The notes under the pieces are model-generated. The model was given only the letters and a program-made list of their open reading frames with translations, had not been told where the DNA came from and ran no database searches. A program made the translations under genes and the position numbers. Positions 26,201 through 35,539 of a stretch of DNA of 64,000 nucleotides are shown in pieces. The stretch's first letter is position 1. Every line of letters begins with the position of its first letter. Origin of the DNA: Candidatus Falkowbacteria bacterium RIFOXYA2_FULL_47_19 (GTDB lineage: Bacteria; Patescibacteriota; Patescibacteriia; Patescibacteriales; UBA12075); the NCBI GenBank assembly GCA_001780275.1, contig MFGB01000007.1, positions 66,280-130,279 of the forward strand, in the 5' to 3' direction.

Positions 26201-27346
26201 CTATAATAATCCGGCTTTAATACCATAACGTATCTTTCGCGTTAAATCAAGATAAAACTCCAAATTATTGAGCGTAGCCAGCCTTTGCCCGAGAGGCTCA
26301 CGGATCTTGAATAAATAATGAAGATAAGCCCTGGATAAATTCCTGAGTTCCGATAATTTACTCTCCGGATTGATCGGTTTAAAATCTTTCGCGAATTTCG
26401 CGTTAGTAATATTCTCGGTTTTATAAAAATTATTTTTTGATATATCTGTCGGCCGCAAATCGGCAATCGGCAATCGCCAATCGAAAATCCGACCGTGCCT
26501 TCCTTCCCGCGTCGGTATCACGCAGTCGAGCATATCCACCCCGCGCTTTACCGCCTCGACGATATTCTCGGGATAGCCGACGCCCATAAGATAGCGCGGC
26601 TTGTCGGCCGGCATTTCCGGCACGAGGTAATCCAAAACCGCATACATCTCGGCCGCCGATTCCCCGACCGACAGGCCGCCGATGTTGTAGCCGTCCCAGC
26701 CGATATCCTTTAAATCTCTCAGGCTCTTCAGCCGCAACTCCTTATCTAAACCTCCCTGAATAACGCAGTGGAGCAATGGCTTTTTCCCTTTTAATTTATC
26801 ATGATATTTTTTCGTTTTCCGGGCCCAGGCAGTGGTCAGATCCACTGATCGTTCGATATATTTCCGTTCCGCCGGCAGAGCCACGCATTCGTCAAGGCAA
26901 ACAGCGATATCGACGCCCAGGTCCGTCTGGATCTTCAGGGATCTTTCCGGTGTTAAATAGTATTCCCGACCGTCGACATAAGACTTAAAACGCACTCCGT
27001 CGGCTGTCAGTTTTACCAGGTTTTCGCCAGATCTTTTTTTCGTACCGGCCAAAGAAAAAACCTGAAAACCGCCCGAGTCGGTAAGAATGGGCTTGTCCCA
27101 ATCCATGAATTCATGAAGTCCGCCCGCTTTCTTGATAAGCTTCTCGCCGGGCCTGAGCATCAAATGATAAGTGTTGGATAAAAGTATCTGCGCCTTCAAA
27201 CGCCGCATCTCTCCGGTCGCCACCTGCTTGACCGCGCCCTGAGTCGCGACCGGCATGAAAAACGGAGTCTTGATTTTACCGTGGGCTGTATGCAAAATAC
27301 CCGACCTGGCCTTGCTGATTTTTGAATATTTGGTGACTTTAAACAT
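26201..27346 (-). CDS. tgt: tRNA-guanine transglycosylase (queuine tRNA-ribosyltransferase)
   Basis: Motifs seen are TPFFMPVATQGAVK, LSNTYHLMLRPG, LTDSGGFQVFSL, MLDCVIPTR and SRAYLHYL. The start was moved to the ATG at 27346 (MFKVTKYSK..). Confidence 0.9.
   Translation of the reverse strand: MFKVTKYSKISKARSGILHTAHGKIKTPFFMPVATQGAVKQVATGEMRRLKAQILLSNTYHLMLRPGEKLIKKAGGLHEFMDWDKPILTDSGGFQVFSLAGTKKRSGENLVKLTADGVRFKSYVDGREYYLTPERSLKIQTDLGVDIAVCLDECVALPAERKYIERSVDLTTAWARKTKKYHDKLKGKKPLLHCVIQGGLDKELRLKSLRDLKDIGWDGYNIGGLSVGESAAEMYAVLDYLVPEMPADKPRYLMGVGYPENIVEAVKRGVDMLDCVIPTREGRHGRIFDWRLPIADLRPTDISKNNFYKTENITNAKFAKDFKPINPESKLSELRNLSRAYLHYLFKIREPLGQRLATLNNLEFYLDLTRKIRYGIKAGLL
26454..26488. repeat. Heptamer array (CGNNAAT family, 5 units) inside tgt
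   Basis: The array reads cgcaaat cggcaat cggcaat cgccaat cgaaaat. It is read on the minus strand as ..IFDWRLPIADLRP.. Confidence 0.85.
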
Positions 27347-27351
27347 ACTTT

Positions 27352-27459
27352 CAAGGACACAAGATACAAGGATACAAAAAAATCCCAATATCCAAACGGT
27401 TTGATATTTGGAATTTGTGATTTGAAACTTGTTTGTATCCTTTTATCTTGTGTCTTGTG
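27352..27459 (-). terminator. ~100-nt compound hairpin filling the gap between 27466..29583 and tgt
   Basis: The outer arms cacaagatacaaggatacaaa (27358-78) and tttgtatccttttatcttgtg (27432-52) pair with one mismatch. The imperfect inner hairpin is followed by a T7 run on the minus strand, so it looks like a terminator. The arms show 7-nt periodicity. Confidence 0.6.
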
Positions 27460-27465
27460 TTTTGA

Positions 27466-29583
27466 TTATTCAACCACTCCCGCCCCCCTCGCGATATCAT
27501 CGTCCTCGAGCTTGGTGGTCTTGGCCGGAGTAGTAAAGTTCAACTCCGCTTCGGTTTCGTTGTCTCTGGCGGTAACGCTTGAACCGGGCAGGAGCACCAT
27601 GATAGTATTCTTATCCTCCTCTTGCGGCGTGATTTTAAGGCTCCATTCGGCGCTCGAATCATAAACCGTAACAGGCAAACGCCCGATATCCCAAACCACT
27701 TCATGGGTACCCTCCAAATACTTAACGGCGCCGGCGGTTGACCTTTCTTTACCGTCCCAGCTAACGTATTTCGGGAGCTTGACCGATATCCTCAGATCCG
27801 AGAGTTCGTGCAGATTATTGTTGAGCTTCCAATAAACTTTATAGCTTGTGGTTTCCCCGGTTTTAGGCGGATGCGGCCCGGTGCCGACCGGAATATTGTC
27901 CTCATTGAAATAACGCGCCGACTCCTCGAGTTTAAGATCGCTGTTTATCCTTATAAGAACCGTATTGCTGCGGTTGTCGCCGTCTTCGGACCTCTCGGCT
28001 CCCTCTTCGATCTCCCCGACGCTGAATTGCGCGTAGCTTTCCGCCTGGTATTTTTTACCCGGATCGATCGCGCCGACGTTAAGGATATCTATGGAAAAAT
28101 CGATCGTGCCCTCGGCGTGCTTAGCGATCGTCTCCAGGGCGGGTATTTCTTCCTTGCTCCAGGTGATCGTATTCCCCTTTTCCTTCCCCTTGTTTTCATC
28201 TTTTAAGCTCGCCCAATCAAGGAAATCGCTGTCCAATACGGCCATGATCACGACGTCTTTCATGTCGGTCTCGCCGCTGTTCTTATATACTATCGAATAA
28301 TTCAGGGTTTGGCCGAAGTCGGCTCCCTGGTTATCCCGCGCCCCGTTCACTATCATGGTCAAATTAAGATCGCTCTTCATTACCTCGAAATTAAGCTTTG
28401 CTTCGTGGAATTTTATGTAGCGGCCGGAAACGGAACTGGCGGTAGCGGTAGCGCTATCACCGATGTTTTTCTCGAAGTAAACGACAATATCCTGCTTATC
28501 GGATTTTTTTTCGGTAAACTTTATCCTGATCGGCAATATTTTTTCTTCCTTCCCGAGACTCTCGATCTCCCAGACCCCCGGTCTTATCATCTTGGCCGGC
28601 GCCAACTTTCCCTTATCCTCTTCTTTCGGGGCCGGCGCGCCGATCTCGATATTTTCCTGCGGTTCGACCGTAAGGCGGAAATTGCCGATATAATTCTTTT
28701 CGTTCGGATTCAGCCTGATCGTAACCTCGTCCTCCTGCCCGATAAGGGCGCTCGCTATATAATCATAATCGATCTCGATGCCGATATCGTTTATCATGGT
28801 CGACGACATGGTCTCTTTCTTGAATTCGGAGGAAAAATTTTCCGGCGAATACGTCAAATCGGCGGTTATTATCCCCCGGTCGTTCTCGAGTCCGACCATC
28901 ATACCCTTGATCTTTATCTTGCCTGTTTCCCGCGCTCCGACCGCTCCTATGTTCCACGATCCGATCTTATCGTTCTTTTCGTTGCCGCTTTCCGGATAGC
29001 TGTCCAGGAAGATGAAATTATCCGGGAATTTAACTTCTATCCGGACATCCCTGATATTTATATTGCTCAAATTCTTATAATGGATCGAATAAAAAAATTC
29101 TTCTCCGGCAGCCACTTCGCTTTTGCCTTCGATTGAAAATTCGACCGCGGTCGCGTCCGAACCGCCTCCTAAATAAAAATACCGGTAAGCCCCGTAAGCC
29201 GCGCCGGTTATTCCTCCGGTCATAAAAATAAAGAAAAAAAGCCAAAAAAAGAAGCCGCGGCGCTTCTTGATGTCCATTTTTTTCACGTCGATCATCTTGC
29301 CGTTATTATCTTCGTAAATTTCATGCAGGCTTTCATCTATTTCCTCTTCCATTTCCCGGCTGATGCCCTCTTCGCCGCCCCGGTCCCTTAAAGAGATTAC
29401 GCCATCCTTGACGAATGCAGGATTTCGACTCACGTACGCGGATTCTTCTACCAATTCCTCAAAACTCTCGACTTCCTCATCGGTTGGCATCGGCCGCCGG
29501 ATAAACTCCGCCAGCCCGGATTTTTTAGAATTTTTTATGACAATACTTTCGTCTATGTTGCTTTTGCCCCTGGGTTTTGCCAT
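27466..29583 (-). CDS. Hypothetical type-II membrane protein with large extracytoplasmic repeat region (705 aa)
   Basis: A charged N-terminus is followed by a single span FFFWLFFFIFMTGGITGAAYGAY. About 560 aa of beta-rich sequence follows, with DUF11/CARDB-like segments. No confident family. Confidence 0.8.
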   Translation of the reverse strand: MAKPRGKSNIDESIVIKNSKKSGLAEFIRRPMPTDEEVESFEELVEESAYVSRNPAFVKDGVISLRDRGGEEGISREMEEEIDESLHEIYEDNNGKMIDVKKMDIKKRRGFFFWLFFFIFMTGGITGAAYGAYRYFYLGGGSDATAVEFSIEGKSEVAAGEEFFYSIHYKNLSNINIRDVRIEVKFPDNFIFLDSYPESGNEKNDKIGSWNIGAVGARETGKIKIKGMMVGLENDRGIITADLTYSPENFSSEFKKETMSSTMINDIGIEIDYDYIASALIGQEDEVTIRLNPNEKNYIGNFRLTVEPQENIEIGAPAPKEEDKGKLAPAKMIRPGVWEIESLGKEEKILPIRIKFTEKKSDKQDIVVYFEKNIGDSATATASSVSGRYIKFHEAKLNFEVMKSDLNLTMIVNGARDNQGADFGQTLNYSIVYKNSGETDMKDVVIMAVLDSDFLDWASLKDENKGKEKGNTITWSKEEIPALETIAKHAEGTIDFSIDILNVGAIDPGKKYQAESYAQFSVGEIEEGAERSEDGDNRSNTVLIRINSDLKLEESARYFNEDNIPVGTGPHPPKTGETTSYKVYWKLNNNLHELSDLRISVKLPKYVSWDGKERSTAGAVKYLEGTHEVVWDIGRLPVTVYDSSAEWSLKITPQEEDKNTIMVLLPGSSVTARDNETEAELNFTTPAKTTKLEDDDIARGAGVVE

Positions 29584-29620
29584 AGCTATATCGCTTAGGA
29601 ATGTTTAAAATTTATTCGGG

Positions 29621-30151
29621 TCATAACCTGAAATCCGTCTCGTGTCTGGTATTCTTTATGATCTCGTCCGCCTTGATCTTCGCTTCCTGCTCCAGGAAGA
29701 ACTTATTTACTCCGGGTACGAGCGAGAGCCATTTCCTGATAAGGTCGATGATCTTTTTTACCTTTACTTTGCCCCGGCCGATAAGCTCGTTTATTTTAGC
29801 GGCCGTTTCTTCGCCGACCAGCTTGAATTCCTTTTGTTTCTCCGGCGTCATGCCCGCGAAAATATCCCCGAGATCTTTTTCCAGAATAACCTCTATCTTT
29901 TTCTGGCGCGCCTTGAACGCCGGTGTTGCGCCTCCGTACGGACCCGCGCCTAATTGGCCTTCCCCCTCCCGGGTTTTGACCACCATCTCCGCTATTTCCT
30001 GACGGCGCCGGTTATCGGCGCCGCTTTCGGTTTCCGGCGTCGGTATGGTTTCGATCCTTTTCTCTTCTTTTTTCTCCCCTATTTCCGCGCCGCCCCGGAT
30101 TCGATCTTTAAAACCTTCGATTTTTCCGATTATACTGTTGTCTTCCGCCAT
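29621..30151 (-). CDS. Hypothetical charged protein (176 aa)
   Basis: This is a track ORF on the same strand as its neighbours, tightly spaced with them. No family was recognised. Confidence 0.6.
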   Translation of the reverse strand: MAEDNSIIGKIEGFKDRIRGGAEIGEKKEEKRIETIPTPETESGADNRRRQEIAEMVVKTREGEGQLGAGPYGGATPAFKARQKKIEVILEKDLGDIFAGMTPEKQKEFKLVGEETAAKINELIGRGKVKVKKIIDLIRKWLSLVPGVNKFFLEQEAKIKADEIIKNTRHETDFRL

Positions 30152-30316
30152 ATTTTATATTTTTCTATCAAAAATTCGATAGTTAATGCTTAAAAATCTG
30201 TATTTATCCCTAAAAATTATTATACCATATTTTCTAAAAAAATAAAACCCGCCATATTTTAAGATTACCCTAAACCGTGTTATAATATAAACATAATAAT
30301 TATCTAATAAATCAAT

Positions 30317-31255
30317 ATGCTAAAAACCGATAATATAAACGAGATCGCGGTCGCGGACAATGACGGCCATAAAATATCCTGGATCAATATCCGTAACGCC
30401 GGTAAAACCGAACTTGATTGGCTCCGCAAAAAATTCGATTTTAAGTTATCGCATCTGTCGGCCTCATCCGTCAAAGCCGTGACCCAAAGATCGATAATCG
30501 AAAAAACCGAAAACTATATTTTTATGATCCTGCACTTTCCCGTTTTAGCGGGCGATAAGGTGGTTACGGAAGAAATAGACTTCTTTGTGGGTAAGGATTA
30601 TCTGGTCACGTCGCACGACAACAAGATCGGGGCCTTAAATGAATTATTCAGTTTTTACAAAAAAGAAAACGCCCCAGAAGATGGCGGCGTTATCGGCCTT
30701 CTGTGCCATATCCTGGAAAAACTGTCGGATATTCCCTTCGCGCTTCTCGACAAGAACGGTTCGGCGATAAACGAATTGGAAGACATGATATTCGATCACA
30801 AATCAAGAATGGCCGCTTCCCGCGTTTTATCGTTAAGGCTTGGCATTATAAACGCTTGCGAGGCCCTGCAAAACCATCAGCGCATCATTGATGTTCTCAC
30901 TGAATACGCCGCCGAATTCCTTTCCGGCGGCAAAGCGCGGGAATTGACCAGAAAGATCCATCGGGACGCGAAAACCATCTGGCTTAATCTCGAAAACCAA
31001 AGGGAGATCGTCGAAGTGCTTAACAGCACGAACGAGTCTTTCATGAACTATCAGATCTCGAATATAATGAAAACCCTGACTATCTTTTCCGTGATCGTTT
31101 TTCCTCTTACCCTCTTAGCCGCTATATTCGGCATGAATACGGTTAACGGCATGCCGTTCATGGAAACGAAAAACGGTTTTTGGGCGATCATCGGCATAAT
31201 GCTTTGCGGCAGTTTATTCATGGTGTTTTACTTCAAGGGGAAAAAATGGCTCTAG
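30317..31255 (+). CDS. corA: CorA-family Mg2+/Co2+ transporter
   Basis: The C-terminus has two TM spans with the signature FGMN (AAIFGMNTVNGMPF). Confidence 0.82.
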   Translation: MLKTDNINEIAVADNDGHKISWINIRNAGKTELDWLRKKFDFKLSHLSASSVKAVTQRSIIEKTENYIFMILHFPVLAGDKVVTEEIDFFVGKDYLVTSHDNKIGALNELFSFYKKENAPEDGGVIGLLCHILEKLSDIPFALLDKNGSAINELEDMIFDHKSRMAASRVLSLRLGIINACEALQNHQRIIDVLTEYAAEFLSGGKARELTRKIHRDAKTIWLNLENQREIVEVLNSTNESFMNYQISNIMKTLTIFSVIVFPLTLLAAIFGMNTVNGMPFMETKNGFWAIIGIMLCGSLFMVFYFKGKKWL

Positions 31256-31280
31256 GGTTTCCGATTTGAGTACAAGATAA

Positions 31281-31312
31281 AAAAACCGAGCGGAAGATCC
31301 GCTCTTTTTTAT
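31281..31312. terminator. Bidirectional terminator between corA and dus
   Basis: Stem gagcgg / ccgctc has an A-run upstream and a T-run downstream. Confidence 0.65.
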
Positions 31313-31341
31313 TCCGCAAAACAGCCTGAAACCCGCAAACA

Positions 31342-32352
31342 CTAAAAGCGATTGTCGGGTACGCGCAATCCTTCGTACCCCCTGAACACTTCCTCGATAT
31401 CCTTAACCGTTTTTACTCCGACCAACCGCCGCCTCAAATCCCGCGCTCCGGATAGTCCGGCCGCGTAAGCGCAAAGCTGGCCGCGCATTTCCACTATCCC
31501 CCGCCCGCCTTTATGTTCCTCGGTAAGCCGGGCGTGCTCCAAGACGACTTTAAATACCGCCCGCGGCGAACGCGCGATATCCTGCCCGGTGCGGACGGCC
31601 TTGAATATCCACGGCCGCCCCAAAGCTCCGCGCGCGATCCCGATCCCGTCGGCTCCGGTCCGAGCTAATAATCCGGCGGCATGACTCCCGGCATTATCCC
31701 TCTTATCTTCCGGCGCCACAAGGCCCGCGACTCCAACCCCTCCGTTCGCTATGATAACGCCATCGAAATGGTCGCGGGCTTTTTTTATTATGGCCGTATC
31801 GATAGAACCGGAAAATCCCTGTTTTAGTGTCCGTCCATGGATCATCAAGGCGGCAATATCAAGATCCCTGACGAAATCAAGGAACTCGAGAATATCGGTA
31901 TTGTTCACCCTGGTCCTGGTTTTTATCGAAACCGGCAGATCGGTACTGTCAATTACGCTTTTGACGATCTCCCGCGCCAGCGGCATATTATCCATTAAAA
32001 TCGCGCCGGCGCCCTGCTTGGCGACTTTTTTGACCGGACAGCCGAAATTTATATCGATCCCGTCCGGACCGATCTTCTCCGTTATTATCCGCGCGGCCGC
32101 CGCGAAGTGTTCCGGCTTCGCCCCGAAAAGCTGGACCACGTACGGACGTTCTACCGGATCAAATTTAAGCATCTCAAGGGTTTTAGCCGGATCATAAACC
32201 AGGGCGGTCGCGCTCGCCATCTCGGAATAAACTACGTCCGCGCCGAATTTTTTGCAGATCCGGCGGAAGGCGCTGTCCGTATACCCGGCCATCGGCGCCA
32301 GGGCGTAGATCGGCCGGCCTTTGTTCTTTGATTTTTCCCAGAAATTACGCAT
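31342..32352 (-). CDS. dus: tRNA-dihydrouridine synthase
   Basis: Motifs are LAPMAGYTDSAFRRICKKFGADVVYSEM and GIDINFGCPVKKV. Confidence 0.9.
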   Translation of the reverse strand: MRNFWEKSKNKGRPIYALAPMAGYTDSAFRRICKKFGADVVYSEMASATALVYDPAKTLEMLKFDPVERPYVVQLFGAKPEHFAAAARIITEKIGPDGIDINFGCPVKKVAKQGAGAILMDNMPLAREIVKSVIDSTDLPVSIKTRTRVNNTDILEFLDFVRDLDIAALMIHGRTLKQGFSGSIDTAIIKKARDHFDGVIIANGGVGVAGLVAPEDKRDNAGSHAAGLLARTGADGIGIARGALGRPWIFKAVRTGQDIARSPRAVFKVVLEHARLTEEHKGGRGIVEMRGQLCAYAAGLSGARDLRRRLVGVKTVKDIEEVFRGYEGLRVPDNRF

Positions 32353-32459
32353 AGTCTCAATTTAGCATGTTTGACAAAAATTACAAGTCATGCTAACGTA
32401 TTCTAATTATTAGCGGATCTTTTAAAATTTTTTTAACCATAGTACGGGGAGGTTAAACA

Positions 32460-33026
32460 ATGAAAACATTAAGAGTTCTGCTTTACGGATTCTGGGTCAT
32501 GATCTCTATAGCCGCCTGCTATTTTCTGGCTACAAAATGGATGTTAAACAATGAAGATTCATATCGGATCACGGAAAGTATATCATATTTTACCGATCAT
32601 CGTGAAGTTAATGCCTTCCCTGAATTTCCGGCTCCCTCCGATTATAAATCGGTAATTGCGCTTGATGAATCAAACTATGCGATAATAACAAAATATGATC
32701 TGGCGTTTTACAAAAAAATTTTTGTGAATGAGATGTTTTTCGGTGATGATGATGTCCGGATCGGATTCGCGAAATATGTTTACAGGCAAAATCCCGGTTT
32801 TTACCAAGGTTTTGATTTTGTTAAAACCATAAAACCCGTCGATCCTCCCGTCAAACTCAATTTCTGGCGAAGCTACGAGGTGAAAATATTGGCCGTTTCT
32901 ACTGACGGAGAAATAAGTGTTGAATTTACTCCCGAATTCAACAACTGGATCGGATTCCTCGTGTTCGCGATGGTTTTTGTGATCATGATCATGGGGCTTA
33001 ACCTGATTGCTGAAAAATTGGAATAA
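32460..33026 (+). CDS. Hypothetical membrane protein (188 aa)
   Basis: It has N- and C-terminal hydrophobic spans and a GGAGG RBS. No family was recognised. Confidence 0.6.
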   Translation: MKTLRVLLYGFWVMISIAACYFLATKWMLNNEDSYRITESISYFTDHREVNAFPEFPAPSDYKSVIALDESNYAIITKYDLAFYKKIFVNEMFFGDDDVRIGFAKYVYRQNPGFYQGFDFVKTIKPVDPPVKLNFWRSYEVKILAVSTDGEISVEFTPEFNNWIGFLVFAMVFVIMIMGLNLIAEKLE

Positions 33027-33050
33027 CCACAAAAAAGAAAGGAACAAAAA

Positions 33051-33479
33051 ATGGAGAAAACTAAGGTCGGGCCAATACAAATTATACAGTTAGCTACGGT
33101 AATTCTGCTGTTTTTCGGAGCCTTTTATTTTATAGGCTTTAAAGCGCGACAAGAGTCCCGTAATTCGCATGATCTGATGCCAGGCGCTTACGCCGGAATA
33201 ACGATCATGGGAATTCCCGAGGAAATAGCGGACTTGTCGCCGGCCGTACCCCATGGGGTAGCCGTTATGACCGTGTCTCATGGCTATCCAGCCAAGGAAA
33301 AAGGGATAATTCCGGGTGATATTATAACCTCCCTGGACGGAAATGCGATTAAAAATATGCTCCAGTTCTTTGAAATTATGCACGACAAAAAACCGGCAGA
33401 CGAATTAAGCGTCGGCATCCTGCGCGGCACGGAAAAACTTTCCTTCAGTCTTATATTGGCCGCGGACAGGCCGAAATAA
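33051..33479 (+). CDS. Membrane-anchored PDZ-domain protein
   Basis: An N-terminal TM span is followed by the PDZ-like pattern GVAVMTVSHGYPAKEKGIIPGDIITSLDGNAIKN. Confidence 0.7.
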   Translation: MEKTKVGPIQIIQLATVILLFFGAFYFIGFKARQESRNSHDLMPGAYAGITIMGIPEEIADLSPAVPHGVAVMTVSHGYPAKEKGIIPGDIITSLDGNAIKNMLQFFEIMHDKKPADELSVGILRGTEKLSFSLILAADRPK

Positions 33480-33498
33480 AACTAATCCCAAAAACCAA

Positions 33499-33518
33499 AA
33501 GCACCCAACCGGGTGCTT
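33499..33518. terminator. Bidirectional terminator hairpin between the PDZ gene and cysS
   Basis: Stem aagcaccc / gggtgctt with an aacc loop. Confidence 0.6.
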
Positions 33519-33539
33519 CTTTTATAACTAACAAAAATT

Positions 33540-35189
33540 TTATTTTTTAAAAACTCTCTGTCCCTCCGGCGTATCCTCGACCGTCCAACCCAATTTTTCT
33601 ATCTCCTTGCGCAGACGATCGGATTCCGCCCAATTTTTCGCCATCCGTGCCAATACCCTCGCCTTAAGAAGCTTTTCTATTTCTTCGTCCAATACTTCGC
33701 CCTCGTTCATTAATAAAGTCGTTGATGAAGAAGTTGATGAAGAAGTTGATGAAGAAGTTGATGAAGAAGTTGATGAAGAAGTTGATGAAGAAGTTGATGA
33801 AGAAGTTGATGAAGAAGTTGATGAAGAAGTTGATGAAGAAGTTGATGAAGAAGTTGATGAAGAAGTTGATGAAGTATCTAGTTCTTTTTTTATGGATTTT
33901 AATTTGGATAAATTCAAACCCAACACCTTGTCAAAGTCCATAGCTAACGCTAATTTTTCATCATCTTTCAAATCGGATTTTAAAACCTCCTGTAACACCG
34001 CCATGGCCATTGGCGTATTTAGATCATCGTTTATAGCCCGTAAAAATTTATCCTTATACCGGTCAAAATTCACGCATTTATCATCTTCAAACTCTAAACT
34101 TTTTTCAAACATTCCATTTGATTCTTTTTCGCCTGCCGGAACACAGCTCAATTCTCTTATTTGATTATTAAGGTGTTCCAATCCGTCTTTGGCCGCCTTG
34201 AGCGAATCAAAGGTAAAGTTCATGTGTTTGCCGTAATTCGTCTGCATGCAGAGGAAACGAAAGGCCAAAGGTTCGAATCCTTTCTCTTCAATATCCCTTA
34301 AGGTATAAAAATTCTTGAATCTCTTGCTCATTTTTACGCCGTCGACAAGCAGATACTCGTTATGCAACCAATAATTGACCGGCGTTTCCGTATCGTATCC
34401 GATTACGCTCTGCGCGATCTCGTTCTCATGGTGCGGAAATTTAAGGTCGATGCCGCCGGTATGGATATCGAAAGGCATCCCCAATGCGGATTGGCCCATG
34501 GCCGAGCATTCAATGTGCCAGCCCGGACGGCCCGGCAGTCGCTCGCCGTTCAGTTCAAAATCCCAGTACGGCTCGCCGTCCTTGCACCCTTTCCAAAGGA
34601 CAAAATCCTGGACATTTTCTTTTTCATATTCATCAGCATCAACCCTGGCCCCGGCCCTGAATCCGTCCATGTCTATATTGGTAAGCTTCCCATATTTATG
34701 GTCCGCGGCATATTTGGCGACATTAAAATACACCGAACCGTCTTTGCCGTAAGCGTAGCCGGCATCAACTATCGATTTGGTCAAAACCTGCATTTTTTCG
34801 ACATATTCCCGATCGGCGGCATGCGGCACTATATCGGGCTTGTTTATATTCAATTTTCGCGTATCATCCCAAAAAATCCGTTCATATTCGCCGGTAAACC
34901 TGTTTAAGGCTTCCATCGGCTCCAGGTCCGGGTATTTCAACTTTGAATCCCTGATCGTTTTATCGTCAACATCGGTAATGTTCATCACCCATTTTACAGC
35001 CGTCTGCCCATAATTATACCTTAAGGTTCTATCCAGGATATCGGAAAATATATAAGCCCGTAAATTTCCGATATGAGCGAAATTATAAACCGTCGGGCCG
35101 CAGGTATAAAGACCGATTTTGGCCGGATCGATCGGCATGAACTTTTCTTTTTTCCGCGTAAGCGTATTGTATAAAAAAATATCGTCCAT
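33540..35189 (-). CDS. cysS: Cysteinyl-tRNA synthetase
   Basis: Motifs are YTCGPTVYNFAHIGNLRAY (HIGH) and KMSKR (VKMSKRFKNF). The start was moved to the ATG at 35189 (MDDIFLYNT..). That ATG lies 1 nt after the stop of the upstream ORF, so the track's 59-aa extension overlaps that ORF. Confidence 0.9.
   Translation of the reverse strand: MDDIFLYNTLTRKKEKFMPIDPAKIGLYTCGPTVYNFAHIGNLRAYIFSDILDRTLRYNYGQTAVKWVMNITDVDDKTIRDSKLKYPDLEPMEALNRFTGEYERIFWDDTRKLNINKPDIVPHAADREYVEKMQVLTKSIVDAGYAYGKDGSVYFNVAKYAADHKYGKLTNIDMDGFRAGARVDADEYEKENVQDFVLWKGCKDGEPYWDFELNGERLPGRPGWHIECSAMGQSALGMPFDIHTGGIDLKFPHHENEIAQSVIGYDTETPVNYWLHNEYLLVDGVKMSKRFKNFYTLRDIEEKGFEPLAFRFLCMQTNYGKHMNFTFDSLKAAKDGLEHLNNQIRELSCVPAGEKESNGMFEKSLEFEDDKCVNFDRYKDKFLRAINDDLNTPMAMAVLQEVLKSDLKDDEKLALAMDFDKVLGLNLSKLKSIKKELDTSSTSSSTSSSTSSSTSSSTSSSTSSSTSSSTSSSTSSSTSSSTSSSTSSSTTLLMNEGEVLDEEIEKLLKARVLARMAKNWAESDRLRKEIEKLGWTVEDTPEGQRVFKK
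33721..33874 (-). repeat. 12-bp microsatellite (GTTGATGAAGAA) x ~12.8 inside cysS, encoding (TSSS)n
   Basis: There are 12 perfect units plus a 10-nt partial unit. The minus-strand reading gives ..DTSSTSSSTSSS...TSSSTTLLMNEGE. Confidence 0.95.
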
Positions 35190-35190
35190 A

Positions 35191-35478
35191 TTATACTTTG
35201 GTCTTAATATCAACACCGCTGAAGCCGTACAGGCCATGGATCGTTTCGCAGGCGGAGGCATAGGCTTTTTGCCCGTTATCGGCCCGCTGGCCGGTACTGC
35301 GCCACTCTTCCTCCCCTTCTTTTTTAACTTCGACCAGGCCGGTTTTGGAATTCCACTGGGTTTCAAAAAAGATCTCCTTGCCCCGGATCATCGCTTTGAT
35401 TTTCTCCAAAGGCCATTTACTCCCGCTTTCCGCCTGATTTTTCCTTATGGCGCTCATTAGCTCGCCGTATTCTTTCAT
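35191..35478 (-). CDS. Hypothetical protein (95 aa)
   Basis: This is a track ORF. Its TAA lies 1 nt from the cysS ATG, which suggests coupling. No family was recognised. Confidence 0.5.
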   Translation of the reverse strand: MKEYGELMSAIRKNQAESGSKWPLEKIKAMIRGKEIFFETQWNSKTGLVEVKKEGEEEWRSTGQRADNGQKAYASACETIHGLYGFSGVDIKTKV

Positions 35479-35539
35479 ATTTTTTATTTAATGAATAAGT
35501 GAACATTTAAATTTTACCCTAAGCCGGAGTTTTTTGCAA

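Noticed and set aside
33721-33874. Possible CRISPR array
   Set aside because: The 12-bp units are contiguous with no spacers and lie in a coding frame, so this is a microsatellite. No CRISPR-like repeat-spacer structure was seen anywhere in the window.
33607-34164. Plus-strand ORFs encoding (VDEE)n and (LMKK)n
   Set aside because: They are antisense or alternative-frame readings of the cysS microsatellite, and cysS motifs define the real frame.
34270-34280. GGTTCGAATCC T-arm-like motif suggesting a tRNA
   Set aside because: It is inside the cysS coding frame (..EKGFEPLAF..). No acceptor, D or anticodon arms can be drawn around it.
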